Source: Zootoca vivipara (lineage: Eukaryota). Taken from it: a stretch of 64,000 bases of DNA. Under the pieces are notes generated by a model, which saw only the letters and a program-made list of their open reading frames with translations, searched no databases and was not told the DNA's origin. Shown here piece after piece: positions 28,460 through 40,989 of this stretch (within the stretch, counting starts at the first letter, position 1; each line of letters starts with the position of its first letter). A program made the translations under genes and the position numbers. The stretch is taken from contig NC_083280.1 in NCBI RefSeq assembly GCF_963506605.1, forward strand, positions 35,216,001 through 35,280,000, in the 5' to 3' direction.

Positions 28460-28681
28460 CCGTGGTTCCCAAGGTGGGGCACATGCCCCACAGGAGGACA
28501 ATTTGATTTTTAAGGGGGGCAATTCAAGAATGAGTTATTAACAGTGAATGGCTTTTTAGGCTTCCTCCATGTGAATAGGAGTTTGCTTTTTGAATGATAA
28601 GAATTATATGTCACCAGGGGGTGTCAGGATTTTAGAGATGCTTAGGTGGGGCATGGCCAAAAAACAGGTTGGGAACCACTG
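28460..28681. mobile_element. hAT-Charlie-like MITE
   Basis: CCGTGGTTCCCAA / TTGGGAACCACTG termini; TSD GTCTAGAT. Confidence 0.85.
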
Positions 28682-30127
28682 GTCTAGATCCAGCCTATCT
28701 TAACTATCCAATGGCGCTTTTTAGGCAGGAGATCTTACCTCCTTGTTGCCCAAATAACATGGATCCCTCTCTGCAATGCAGCACAAGTTCCTCAGAGGGA
28801 CTTCTCTGCCCATTGTTTCCTGATCTGCAACAGCCTGTAACATATTGCATTAGCGTCCCTTCTGTTTTGTTTCGTTTTTATCATGAACATTCATAATTTA
28901 TTTGCCAACAGTTTGTGTGTTCCCTGATGGGCTGCAGAAACCTCTCTCATGTTACGGAAGCAGTAGAGCATGGGTGCTGAAAGCCAAAATTCTATATTCA
29001 GTCCCGTGAGTGTCCAGGGAAGACCTACCCCAGAGAGCCACTGCTAGCCAGTCTACAGAAGCGGCTGGGGCAATGGTCTGACTTAGTTCAAGGCAGCTTC
29101 ATATAGGATGTTATGCATGCAAATCCCAGTCACCAGCTGTGAAGAAAGGTGTGCCACTGCCCTAAAAATTGACGCAATGCCATATGCACATTCCTTTGGC
29201 TCCTTGTGAAGAGATGCTGTGGCTTGGCCTCATCACTGAAATGAGCCTTTGAGGCACCATCTGTTATTGCATGTGCCGTTCAAAACGGAACATGTGCTTA
29301 ATAACATGGAAAAGAAGTTGCATAATAGCCAGTCTCACTCGGTTCTGGGCTTGGACAGCAGGAGCAAAATAGCATGTTCTAGCTTAGACTTAGCTACTGA
29401 ACAGGCGTAGAAATGGCATGCCATTCCGTGCTTTTAAAGACTTACAGTTAACAACAACCAAAACAACAACAGCAACCATTAAATCGGGATCATAAAGTTT
29501 TACAAATTGTTTTCAGATGGATCTTGCTGTGCTTTTTATACTAATTGAAATTAATGGGACTCCTTCCTCCAGGCACATTCTGTAATTACAGGGCTGGCCC
29601 AAGACGTTTTGTTGCCTGAGGTAGAGCATCAAAAGCCCTCGCCCCAGTTGAAGGTATGCAGTTCTCAAGGCCAGATGAGTTATTTTGGCACCTGAGGCAG
29701 AAAATCTCACAAACACTTCTCCCCCCCCCCCACCTGATGATTGAAATACAACAACAAACTAAATGGCTGGCATATTAAATAACTTTAAAATATCAGAAGC
29801 ATGGTCCACAGTAACTCAAGAGCAGGGTTTTCAGTGTGGCTTCCCCGTTCTGTGGAACAACATCCTTGCCAATATGTGACAGGCTCCCGCTATCTGCACT
29901 TTCCAGAAACAACAGAAGACACGTTGGTTTTGACAAGCTTTTCCAGCTTGATGAAAAGGTCTCTGCCTGAGGTATAAAAACCACTACAAAATAAACACCT
30001 GTCTTAAGTTAATTTTTAGGGCTGTTTTAAAAATTATTTTTTCACTGTTTTACACTATGCTTGCAAACCATGTGGCATGTGTAAAAGGTGCTTCATGCAT
30101 TTAAGATTAAGTTCTTCAGAAAGAACT

Positions 30128-30373
30128 TCATAGAATCATAGAATCATAGAGTTGGAAGAGACCACAAGGGCCATCCAGTCCAACCCCCTGCCAAGCAGGA
30201 GACACCATCAAAGCATTCTTGACATATGCCTGTCAAGCCTCTGCTTAAAGACCTCCAAAGAAGGAGACTCCACCACACTCCTTGGCAGCAAATTCCACTG
30301 CCGAACAGCTCTTACTGTCAGGAAGTTCTTCCTAATGTTTAGGTGGAATCTTCTTTCTTGAAGTTTGAATCCA
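30128..30373 (-). mobile_element. CR1 LINE 3' fragment
   Basis: [39 protein letters not shown] is a CR1 ORF2 C-terminus; (ATTCTATG)n tail. Confidence 0.92.
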
Positions 30374-31504
30374 AGTTGAATTCCAAGAGCAATAAGTGCA
30401 GAACAGACCCAGTGCATATCTGAGAAGGCTTTGTGTTGATAAATCATCTAAATGTGTTTGAGCAGAGCTTAAGAAACAAAGATGTGGATCGTGGCCTTCT
30501 TCCCACTCTCCATTGGTTGCACCTGTATCCAGACAAGTGCCTTGTGGGAGCCTGGTCAGATTGTGAGGGTAACAGACTGGAACTTTTGAACTCCACTCAC
30601 AAGGTGCTAATATCACTGTGTTAAGAAAGAATATTATGATTGTACAAAGACAAAAGGAAATTGATTTGCACAGCCACAGTGACAACTGATGTGGTGAATA
30701 CTGACTGGGGGCGGGGGGGGGGAAGTCTCTGCAACACTCATTCCATCTGAAGCTTACTTAACTGCTGTGCCTTAAAATGTGCCCAAACAGAATTATAGAC
30801 TCTACTTGGGGCACGCAATTTTTCTCCAGTGTTTCATTCTGACTTTATTGCTTGCTTTGGTTCTATTTTCTGACAGGCCTTTTTAAAAAATGATCTAAAC
30901 ACAAGCACCATTAAAAGAAATAAATTTCAGTAGCTATAAAACAAGCTTGCATTTTTAATCGCAGCAGCTTAAATGCTGTTACTGGGACATAATTATAAAC
31001 AACCCATATGCTAAAGGCAGTTTATGTAAACCAAGGCTCATATATATTAACTTAATCAGCTCGATGTAGATCCTGGAACTAAGCAAACTTACCTGGGAAG
31101 CACTGAAGCTTGTTTAAGGTCAGAGCATTAGATTTTATTTACAGCGTTTGCCAAAAACACATCATTAAATGTAAAAAGACAACCGTGCCTGGCATTTAAG
31201 TTACTAATGTCCCCAGACTTCCCTAATGTCAATTCCCCCCCCCCCTTGCAAGGAAGGTTAAGGGAAAGTGGGGGGGGGAGAGATTTCAAGGAAAGAATTG
31301 TCAGGAAAGGATTTGAAAATAAATCTGCTAATATCATGTTGTTAGCTATACTTTTCTCCAATGGCGCACAAACACAAGAATGTTCAAGTAATATGTTGTG
31401 CCCCAAAGCTCAATACTCTGTAAGGAGGGCCTTGGTTCCATCATCTGTTTCACTTTCACATATATTAAATGAGCTAAGGTCAATAATAATATTATTTTTT
31501 GGTC

Positions 31505-31690
31505 CTATCTCAGTAGTGGAACATCTGCCTTGTGTGCAGAAGGGCCCAAGTTCAGTCCCTAGCAGCTCCAAGTATGGCCAGGAGAGACTCCGGTCAGAAG
31601 TTCTGGAAAGGTCCTGCCAGTCAGTGTAGAAAATACTGAGCTAGATGGACCAATGGCCTGACTCAGTACAAGGCCGCTTCCTATGTCCCT
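31505..31690 (+). mobile_element. Older tRNA-derived squamate SINE (Squam3-like); relatives at ~28955-29105, ~35215-35345 and ~49360-49525(-)
   Basis: A/B-box-like head; GCCAGTCAGTGTAGA..ATACTGAGCTAGATGGACCAATGG..TTCCTATG body. Confidence 0.65.
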
Positions 31691-32692
31691 GTCCCCCCTT
31701 TCCTGATTTGTCTATTTAATGTGGAGCACAAGTCCTCTGGGACATGCCACATTTAAGTAACTAGCACATTTGTGACACTATGTTAATACAGCATAACACA
31801 TTTTTGTACTTGGTACATACACCAAAGCATATCCTTTACCTGCCTCCCCCGAAGCCCCATTGACTTCAGTGGAAATTACACCCAGTTAAGTGTGTAAGAT
31901 TGCAGCCTTAATTGCCTCACTTCCTCTTTTTACCTCTGCCTTTTCTTGCTTATTGTTTTTTAAAGGAATTACAAGCAAACCTTTGCTTTCAATTACAACC
32001 ACATGGCTTCAAGGAGCATTCAAAGATATTCGGAGCATCTCAAACCTGGTTAAAAGGAGTCACATCTCTGATTGTGTAATATAGACTTCCTGCAAAGTCT
32101 GGGAATTTTCTCATGGGTATCAAAAGCAAACCCAAAATAACTCCCCCCATCTGTTTTAATTTTGCAGACTCCCTTCAGAACTGTGAACTAAATTGTCCTT
32201 TCAGCGTTACCTAGGGTAAATCTAGGAATATTTCCTACAAGCTTGTGGCAGAGGCATGTCAGTGCAATTTGGCTTGATGGTAAATGGTAAAAATCTTTCT
32301 GGCCAAGGAAAAAAGTGCTTAATTGCAGCAAGTAATCTCCTAGCAAATTAACCTAGATTCAAAGTGACGGTCCTGGCATCTGTTATTCTGCAGCAGGAGA
32401 AGGAATTTCTAGAGAAAAGGAGGAAAATAAAAATAAACGACTAAAGGAAAAGATATCTATGCCCCTGAGAAGACAACAGATGACTAATGTCCTTGTCTGA
32501 CATTGCAAATTTGTTTCTATGAGTTCTTCAGAAAGAAAATCACTAACACCACAGGGTCCAAATGTCACATACTTCCTGTGATAGTGACATGTTGTAATTT
32601 CTACCCACAAACATCGTAATTTTACTATAATGTTAGCAATTGGACACTCTGATAACACCTTTTCAAATTTGTTTAGCACTACTAGAAGGTGG

Positions 32693-33074
32693 GGGGACAC
32701 GGGTGGCGCTGAGGGTTAAACCACTGTGCCACTTGGGATTGCCGATCGAAAGGTTGGCGGTTCAAATCCCCACAATGGGGTGAGCTCCCGTTGCTCGGTC
32801 CCAGCTCCTGCCAACCTAGCAGTTCGATAACGCACCCAAAAAGTACAAGTAGATAAATAGGTACCGCTCTGGCGGGAAGGTAAACAGCGTTTCCATGCGC
32901 TGCTCTGGTTTCGCCAGGAGTGGCTTAGTCATGCTGGCCACATGGCCCGGGAAAACTGTCTGTGGAAGTGGACAAATTCTGGCTCCCTCGGCCTTTAAAG
33001 TGAGATTAGGGATGCAATCCCAAAGTCGTTCACAACTGGACTTAATGGTCAGCGGTCCCTTTACAACTTTACCT
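32693..33074 (+). mobile_element. Sauria SINE
   Basis: Full length; TSD TACTAGAAGGTGG at 32680-32692 and 33075-33087. Confidence 0.92.
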
Positions 33075-33259
33075 TACTAGAAGGTGGAGGAGGCAGGTAG
33101 AACATTTTACAAACATTGACTGTTACTGCAAGGAGTACTTCATGATGCCTGTAGAGCAATCACAGCTACATTTGATAAAAGGCACTCTCATATTTACGTA
33201 TTTAATACATTTATATGTTCCCAAAGTGGTCAAGATGGTGGACATGGTTCATCCTGTCT

Positions 33260-33385
33260 CCATTTAATCCTCACAACTACCCAGTAAGGTCAGTTGGGCT
33301 GAGAGATGGTGACTGGTCCAAGTTTGCCCACTGAGCTTCATGGCTGAGTGGGGATTAGACTCTATCCACAACACCCCACTGGCTA
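33260..33385 (-). mobile_element. MIR/CORE-like SINE remnant (another at ~60985-61070)
   Basis: ATCCTCACAACTACCC..GACTGGTCCAAG..CCACTGAGCTTCATGGCTGAGTGGGGATT. Confidence 0.6.
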
Positions 33386-34133
33386 TACAGGAAACTGTAT
33401 TCTGGAGGGGATTCCCATAGTAGGAAAAAATGTTTAATATAAGAAGTGGAAACATTAGTCATTTTATGCCATTCTCCTCACTGAGAAGCATAGGTGGTTC
33501 TGTACATTTCCCCCCGCCTGCTGTTACTGAGTTAACCGTTGGAAATGTCAGCGAATGGCGGCTGCGGCTGCGTAGCTTTTCTGTCAGGGGATGCATAGGT
33601 GAGAAAGTCTGGTATGCAGAGATTAAAGAGAAAAATATTTCCTGCAAATACAGAGCAGCCAATATTGGCTGCACCACCCCCCAGGGAAGTTTTCAGGAAG
33701 CGCAGAGCTGGAAGACTCTGGGCCAGCTGACTTGGAAACACAAATCCCCTCCCCCTCTCTCTGAGAGTAGCTTCACACATTGCACTTCCTTACATGGAAT
33801 GCACTTCCATGGAAGCAGGAAACCTACAGTACAATCTGCACATGTACATCACCACCGCCCATGACCCCATTTCCATAGCACAAAATACACTCCAGCATAC
33901 CTATTGCACATGATTAGCTGGAGGTGAATTGCAGGTTATCATTACACAGAAGTAACAACTGTATAGAAGAACAGTATGAAGCAGTGATCAATGGATAGTG
34001 GCAATGATGCAGAAGACAAAGAGGCATGATTCCAAAATTAACTCCCCCACCTTAAAGCAAGACTATAAGAAATCAGGGCGCATTATTTCAGTTGTTTCGG
34101 ATAAAAGCACTGTAGAAAGACTGAAACTAAATG

Positions 34134-34585
34134 TTGTATTGGCCCGAATATAAGATGCACCCGCAAATAAGCCGCACCTTTAAAAGTCAAGGCTTATTTG
34201 CGGGTGCGATCCACCTCCCACCCCTACCATCCTGAACGGGGGGGGGGGCTTTGCCGGTGGCCTCCCCCTTCCCCCTTCATTTTGACAGCCCAGGGGAGGC
34301 TTGGGAGTCGCGCGCAGGTGGTGTGCCATTGCTCGCGCTCCCAGGCTGCTTCCTGGGGGGGGGAGCCACACCACTTTGCCGGCGGCCTCCCCCCCTCCTT
34401 GACAGCTTGGGGAAGGCTTGGGAGTTGTGGGCAGGTGGCGCACCGTTGTCCCGCACTCCCAATGGCCCTCCTGGGCAGCTGTTTCAGCAGCGATACCATA
34501 AGGTCACGAATATAAGCCACAATTTAACTTTTCACAATCAGAATTCAAAGGGGGGGGGAGTGTGGCTTATATTGGGCCAATACGG
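34134..34585. mobile_element. Tc2/pogo-like non-autonomous element
   Basis: GTATTGGCCCGAATATAAG ... CTTATATTGGGCCAATACGG-TA termini; internal imperfect GC-rich tandem units. Confidence 0.75.
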
Positions 34586-34885
34586 TAACTGGACAGTACC
34601 TCCATTTTGCCTTGCCAGGGGTAATCAGGATTGGGGCCGCGCATAAAGAAGGGATTAAACCCATATCCCCAACTTTGCAGGTCCTGTAAAAGTCACATCC
34701 ATGCACACCTTGAGTTTCTGTTTCCCTGGAAGAGAGGTTACAACTGGCCCCAAATGACAGCTTTACTCCTAGACTTAAGAAGGGGGGGGGTAATTTCCAC
34801 TGAGTCCACAATGTGTGGAGAAATGGTTAGAATACATCCTCTCTGTGTATCATGACCCTGATCTGGATTACATGCCCCCTCCCCC

Positions 34886-35100
34886 TAGGGTTGCCAGACT
34901 CAATAGAGGACAGGACTTCTGTGCCTTTAATTGCCCTGCTCTCTTTTGAGTCTGGAAACCTTAAAGAGAAACCAGCAGACCCTTTGCTTGGAAATTAAAC
35001 AAAGGGTCTGCTGGTTTCTCTTTAAGGTTTCCAGACTCAAAAGAGAGCAGGGCAATTAAAGGCACAGAAGTCCTGTCCTCTATTGAGTCTGGCAACCCTA
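34886..35100. mobile_element. Palindromic hAT-type MITE
   Basis: Perfect 101-bp arms (34886-34986 / 35000-35100), TIR TAGGGTTGCCA, 8-bp TSD CCTCCCCC. Confidence 0.92.
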
Positions 35101-35472
35101 CCTCCCCCCATGGCTACAATTGAGAGAGAAAAGCATATACATGGAATACACTCGATTTCATTATTGTCTAGCCAAGCCTTCAGTCTTCCCTGCATGCTAT
35201 GGCATACAGAATACCCCAAATTCAGTCTCTAGCCATCTCCAGGTATGGCTGCTAAAGACTTGCATCTGAAAACCTGGAGTACCACTTCCAAGCAGTGTAG
35301 ATGATACTGAGCTGGAAAGGTCTGATAAAGACCTGCCTTATGAAGACAGAAGGTCGTTTTCTGTGTTTCTGCATTCCTGTTGTATTGCCTTGTGCTGTGC
35401 CCAAACATTAATCCAAATAGCCTTACTTTGTTGTCTACTCATTACTGGCAGTGGCTTGCCATCATCTTAGGG

Positions 35473-36098
35473 CAGCGTTTCTCAACCGCTGTTCCGCGGC
35501 ACACTAGTGTGCCGCGAGACGCTGGCTGGTGTGCAAGGAGAAGGGCGATTTTGCAGCTGCAAACTCCACCTCCCTGGGCGTCCTATTTCTTCGCCCCTTC
35601 TAGTTTCCACAGACCAATCAGCTTTCATTATTTCCATTTTCCCCATGCCTCACATGACAGGATCATCCCAGAATCCTTTAGCCAAGATGGCAGCCCCCAG
35701 CAGCTAATAGTGCCGCACGTGTGTCTCTTTTTTTGGAAAATCGAGCGGACTTCAAGTAGCTACTTTTAAAATATTCAATCTCCATCATTCAAAAGGTAGT
35801 TTGTTGCTAATTCACAGAGGCATGAAGACCAAATCGTCCTCTCACAAGTCCGAGAACACGCACAGGGTAAGATACGGGACGGCGGGGTCGAGTGGGGTGG
35901 ATCAGAAACCCGGATCTTTTAAGAACTCGGCAGCGCTGACCCGCCGGAAAGCAATATTTGGCAAGTGTTTCTTACAGTCATAATTATAATATAGGGCGGC
36001 ACAGAGTTAATTTTTTAAACTTTTTTAATGGTGGTGTGCCTCGTGATTTTTTTCACGGAACAAGTGTGCCGTGGCCCAAAAAAGGTTGAGAAACACTG
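35473..36098. mobile_element. Non-autonomous hAT (Charlie-like) element
   Basis: TIRs CAGCGTTTCTCAACC / GGTTGAGAAACACTG, GGCACAC/GTGTGCC subterminal motifs, 8-bp TSD TCTTAGGG. Confidence 0.9.
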
Positions 36099-36106
36099 TC
36101 TTAGGG

Positions 36107-36232
36107 CATCCTTGGCTCTCCAGATGTTTTAGAACTACAACTCCCATGATCCCTAGCTAACAGGGCCAGTGGTCAGGGATCATGGGAGTTGTAGTTCCAA
36201 AACATCTGGAGAGCCAAGTTTGCCTATGCCTG
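36107..36232. mobile_element. hAT MITE, CTACAACTCCC hairpin family, left TIR damaged
   Basis: Internal palindrome; flanked by TCTTAGGG at 36099-36106 and 36233-36240. Confidence 0.85.
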
Positions 36233-39045
36233 TCTTAGGGAGAAGGTCTTTTATGGCTGTGCTCCTTGAAAGCAAGTACTCTGCCGCTGAGCTAAAGCCC
36301 TTCCTTTACAATACTGCAGGCTGTGCTGCTTCTGGCCACTACCTAGGCAGGCTGAGTGCTGCATCAGAGGGACAGACTCATATACTGCTGTTAGTAATAA
36401 TACCTTCCCTAACACCTTTTCCTTTTGCTTTTTGGCTTGTTCTGACACCTATCTTGATGGTAAAATTCTCTCTGATGTAACTGATTAGTGATATTCCTGT
36501 ACTCCTAGCACAATTATCCTTCTTGTTTCATCTGGGACAAAATAATTTAAATGAATAAGATCCAGGAGCAGTAGCTGCATTCTAATCCATTTACGTTTCA
36601 CTTCTCACATTAAAGAACCAGTAGAGATGTTCCTAGTACAATAGCTTGTGAAGATAAGAGACAAGTTTTATCTTTGTCATTCACACTGATATAGAAGTCG
36701 CTTTTAGCAGTGAGAAATAACTTCTTTTTTTGCTTAGGGTTTGTTTTTGTTTTTTGCAGATGCACAAAGCCATATGTGAGAGTTAGTCCAAACAGAACGC
36801 CTAGTCTTCTGTAGAGCATTCAGCATTTTCCTGCCCTAGTGGAAGGGAACCTAGGTAGGCATGCAACCACACTTGCAAAGGAACAATCTGGCTCAGTCTA
36901 CCTGTCAGAGTCTCTCAGGGGCTGCATCCTGTTTCCCATTAAGATTCAACTGACAGTCCAATCAGCTGTTTGTCCTCTGCCTCTTAGGCCAGCCCTAGTT
37001 CGTCTGTATACTCCCTCAACCTAGTGCCTCCAGGTGTTGGACTACAACTCTCATCATTCCTGGTCCTTGGCCATGCTGGCTGCGGCTGATGGGAGTTATA
37101 GTCCAACAACATTGGTGAGCACCAGGTTGGGGAAGGAAGTCCTATAATTTTCCATCCAACTCAAACACTGTGTGCAATTGTTCTTCCATCTAGTTAGGAC
37201 CTAACTGTCCAAATCTAAGACCTAGCTAATGAATAATCTCCAAACACAGAGCAGGAAATTACAACGAAAAGCACTTTCAAGGCCAATCGGCAAGTGCAAG
37301 CCCCCCCAGAAATTGCTGCTGAGGTCTCAGAAGGAGACAGCTTAAAGACTATCACCAATAATTAGGACAGTTCAACGCAAAGTTAAATGGTTTGTCTCTA
37401 TTCTTTTAGCTATAAACTAAACTGTTTAATTCCTGTAACCCCAGGATACATTTTAAAAGTATAAACGGAAGGCCATACTACCAAAAAAAAAAAAAAATAC
37501 CAAGAAATGGTCTAGTAAGTTTTTAAATCCCAATAACGCATTTCTTAAAATCAGATTGGGACCAAGAACACTTTATCTCTTCAATTTTAAACTCAAAATG
37601 CTGTGCAGAAAATGGTAATACACGTGTGGCTGTTATAGCCAACAATTTGAGTTTAAAACAATCATCTCTAGTCCATATGGATTAGTTCGTACCCTCACTT
37701 AACTCTTTTTCTGGCATACAATTTTTCTAACCTGACTATGATGTCTAAAAACTGGCTAACCAGACAATTTATTGTACTTTCTATGAATAATCTACATTTT
37801 ACAAAGTCCCTTAATAGATATTGACATAATTTGTCTTTTGAGAGGTCAATTGATGCTCTCCATATAATAAAGCACAAGGAAACAACTTTCATTCTTTTTT
37901 TCCTGTCAATACCAGGAGAATTAATCTTAACATAATAGCAACTATCTGCCTCAATTCCATGGGGGTGGGCTTAATGAGGATATTTTTACCTGTTACTTTG
38001 ACATCCACAGAGTGGCTGAAGAACATTCCCTTCATTTTCTTACACAGAGCTGCTTCCCTAAATAAAGATTTCTTAGAGCTATATCACACATCCAAAGATA
38101 ACCCCAAACGGGGAGTGAGGACTGATCTAACAAAACGCCCAAGTCTTTCTTTTACAACTTTTACTATCAACCTAGTAACTGAGCAACAGTTTATTTGCTG
38201 ATATCCATAATGCATGCAGGCCCACTCTTAACAATTCATTAGTTTGCTCTGCTCTCAGCCAAATTTGGTTTCCTGCCTTATCAGTCGATCAGTCTGGAAG
38301 GACTGAGAAAGCTGCATCTCTTTTATCATGCCAGACAGCTTGGCATACCTATAAGGGAGCAGCCTTGACAGCAAAGTTCATCAGGCTTGGAAAGTCTTAG
38401 ATATCAAATTGCCTCTTCCCTCACCTTTCTCTGAGGCTAATAAAGCACCAGTTTGCTCAATGAATCATGGAACTAATAAAATGTCTTCCTTCGTTTTGAG
38501 TGAGCTATTAAAATAAGCATGTGTTTTATGACACTTTTTCCAGGTGGCTACACCCAGTATCTCCAGACTTGCTAATCATACAACATACCTACTTCTGCTC
38601 ATACCCTAGAGATGGGAAACCTGTGGCTGTCCATGTGTTGTTGCAACTCCACCCCAAGCAGCAAAGAAAAAACTCAGGGATGGTGGGAGTTGCAGTCCAA
38701 CTTCTAGAGGACCACATTGTTGTGCTAGCTACAACCACAAATATCACTTCTAATTTGTCCATTTCTGTTTGTTTTAAAAGTCTTAGGAGGTACATAATTG
38801 CCCATGGCTGGTTCCAGCTTTAAGTGGGTCACTAGACAAGAGACTGGGAGATTATTTTCTATAGTTTACTGGAAAGAGCCCCACGTTGTAGCAAAGAGAG
38901 CAGGGTGTGAATTGTTGTCCTTGTGGTGCTGCCCCTGAGCATCCCGCTCATTAGGGAATGAGAGTTTGCCTAGAAGCCTTTTCAGTTATCTAGGTGCTCC
39001 TGGGGCGAGCTTACATTTACCCAATGACTCCACATAACTCTACAG

Positions 39046-39169
39046 CAGGGGTAAGGAACCTGCAGCCTTTTAGACACTGCAGGACTGCAACTCCCATTAG
39101 CCATGCTGGTTGGGGCTGATGGGAACTGGAGTCCAGCAAATTCCAGAGGGCCACAGGCTCCCATTCCTA
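39046..39169. mobile_element. Older hAT MITE of the same superfamily (further decayed copies near 10165-10300, 37005-37135, 38605-38720)
   Basis: Degenerate hairpin; TSD CTCTACAG. Confidence 0.75.
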
Positions 39170-40385
39170 CTCTACAGAGAAGAGCTTGTGCTCATCCTCT
39201 CCTGGGAAGTGTCTTCTCTCGACACCAGGCTTGTTATTTAAGTTTAATTAATTGATTAATTTTAAAATATTTTAGGCTGCCTTTATGGGAAGTGAGAGAC
39301 TCACTAGAGCAGATGTTGTGAAGAATTCAGCTATGCCATTAGTCTCTTTAGCAGTTCGTAGCAGCTAATTTCTGCAACACAAATTCCAGGGTTGTATTAA
39401 TGTGGCATTCCTAGGGGTAGAATAGACTTCAGAGCATATGGACCTTTACCCCCAAGTTCACAAGCCAGTTAACTTTTCTTTTTTGTTCCATGTATTTGGT
39501 GAGTAATCTGCATTTTTCAAAGTCTCTTAATAGATATTTGCATAATTTATGTCTTGAGTTGTCCGTTCATGCACTTTGCATAATAAAACACAAGGGCAGC
39601 ACCCAACATAGCAGATTGTCAGGGCTTGTAAAATTCGTTATGGCTTTCCTCTATCTAATAAATGGGAATTAGTAATCAATCACTGATTGAATTTAAAGAT
39701 ATTAAAGGCACAGCGTCGTCATCTGTCTTGGAACAATGTTAGGAAAAGCATTGTTCTATACTTCCATTTCCTAACCAACCATTTTGGGTGCAATCACATC
39801 ACCTTTGCATCCACAAACAATCTCTAAACCAAAACATAACCTGAAGTGGGTCATTGAATTTAGGATTGAAGCCTAACTCTGATTTGCTTCTGTGCGATTT
39901 AGGCACCCAACATCTCCCTTTGTCTACAGAGCTGGGGTGAAAATTTGCTGTTGTCAGTGTCATACCTCAAGACTTTAGCCATGAGCATAGAATTGCAGAA
40001 AGCCTTGTCCCCAAATATTATGACATCTTCCCGGCCACAACCCAATGGCAATTTTGTTATACTGGCCTCATTCACACATAACAGTATGGCTAACCATGGG
40101 TTACCACCATGAACAAGCAAGCATGCTGGTACAATGGGGGACAGTCTGCTAGCACATTTGCAAAGCTAAACAGGGCCCAGTGTGGTTTCAAATTGGATGG
40201 GAGACTAGATGACCCTTGTGATCCCTTCCAATTCTATGATTCTAAGCTGCCCTCCTGGTTGGACCATAAGCTGTAGAACCTGAGATATGAGGGGAAATGT
40301 ACGGGCACTATTCTTGTTCCTTTTCTGATAAATTAGCCTGTTTCCAGCTTTCAGTGTCATAGCACTGGCTGACATTCATGGGAGA

Positions 40386-40475
40386 CATAGCTGCCAAGTT
40401 CTCCCTTTTTTAAAGGGCAATTCCCTTATGCTGAATAGGCTTCCTCGCGAGAAAATGGAAAACTTGGCAGCTATG
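40386..40475. mobile_element. 90-bp hAT-type MITE
   Basis: Perfect 15-bp TIR CATAGCTGCCAAGTT; perfect TSD ATGGGAGA. Confidence 0.9.
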
Positions 40476-40844
40476 ATGGGAGAAGATCTAGCTGGAGTGA
40501 AATAACCATTATCAAGACCCTTGGTTTGGTGTTAGGCCTTTTCTGCTGGTCCTCCTTGATGAAGTGATTCATGCCCCATTTAAATAAATAAAAACAATTT
40601 AGATAGCCAGGATTTTAGAGCAGCTGTGATTGGGGATTACTGTTGTAAAAATAAAATAGACATTCATGATCTTTATAACTCAGATCTTATTTCACAGGAG
40701 GGGGGATTCTTCTGAGTTCATAAAAATTTTAAAGATTACTCTGTTAATGTCATTGCAGATAAAGTCCATCATTATTTTACCATATTGTAGGAGGCAGGAC
40801 TGTGGTTAAGTGAATATGGTTATGGAAGCCCTATGAAGTAGCCC

Positions 40845-40989
40845 TTCTGTTTCAGTGTATCTGATGAAGTGTGCATGCACACGAAAGCCCATACCAAAAT
40901 AAAAACTTAGTTGGTCTTTAAGGTGCTACTGAAGGAATTTTTTTATTATGTTTCGACTCAGACCAACACGGCTACCTACCTGTAACTAT
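40845..40989 (+). mobile_element. Short Penelope-like 3'-end insertion containing a hammerhead
   Basis: Aligns with ~55105-55248 and ends in GCTACCTACCTGTAAC. TSD AAGTAGCCC at 40836-40844 and 40990-40998. Confidence 0.9.
40857..40894 (+). ncRNA. Minimal hammerhead ribozyme, probably inactivated
   Basis: GTAT-CTGATGA-A-GTGTGCATGCACAC-GAAA-GC-CC-ATAC. The conserved U of the NUH triplet is C at 40889. Confidence 0.75.
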
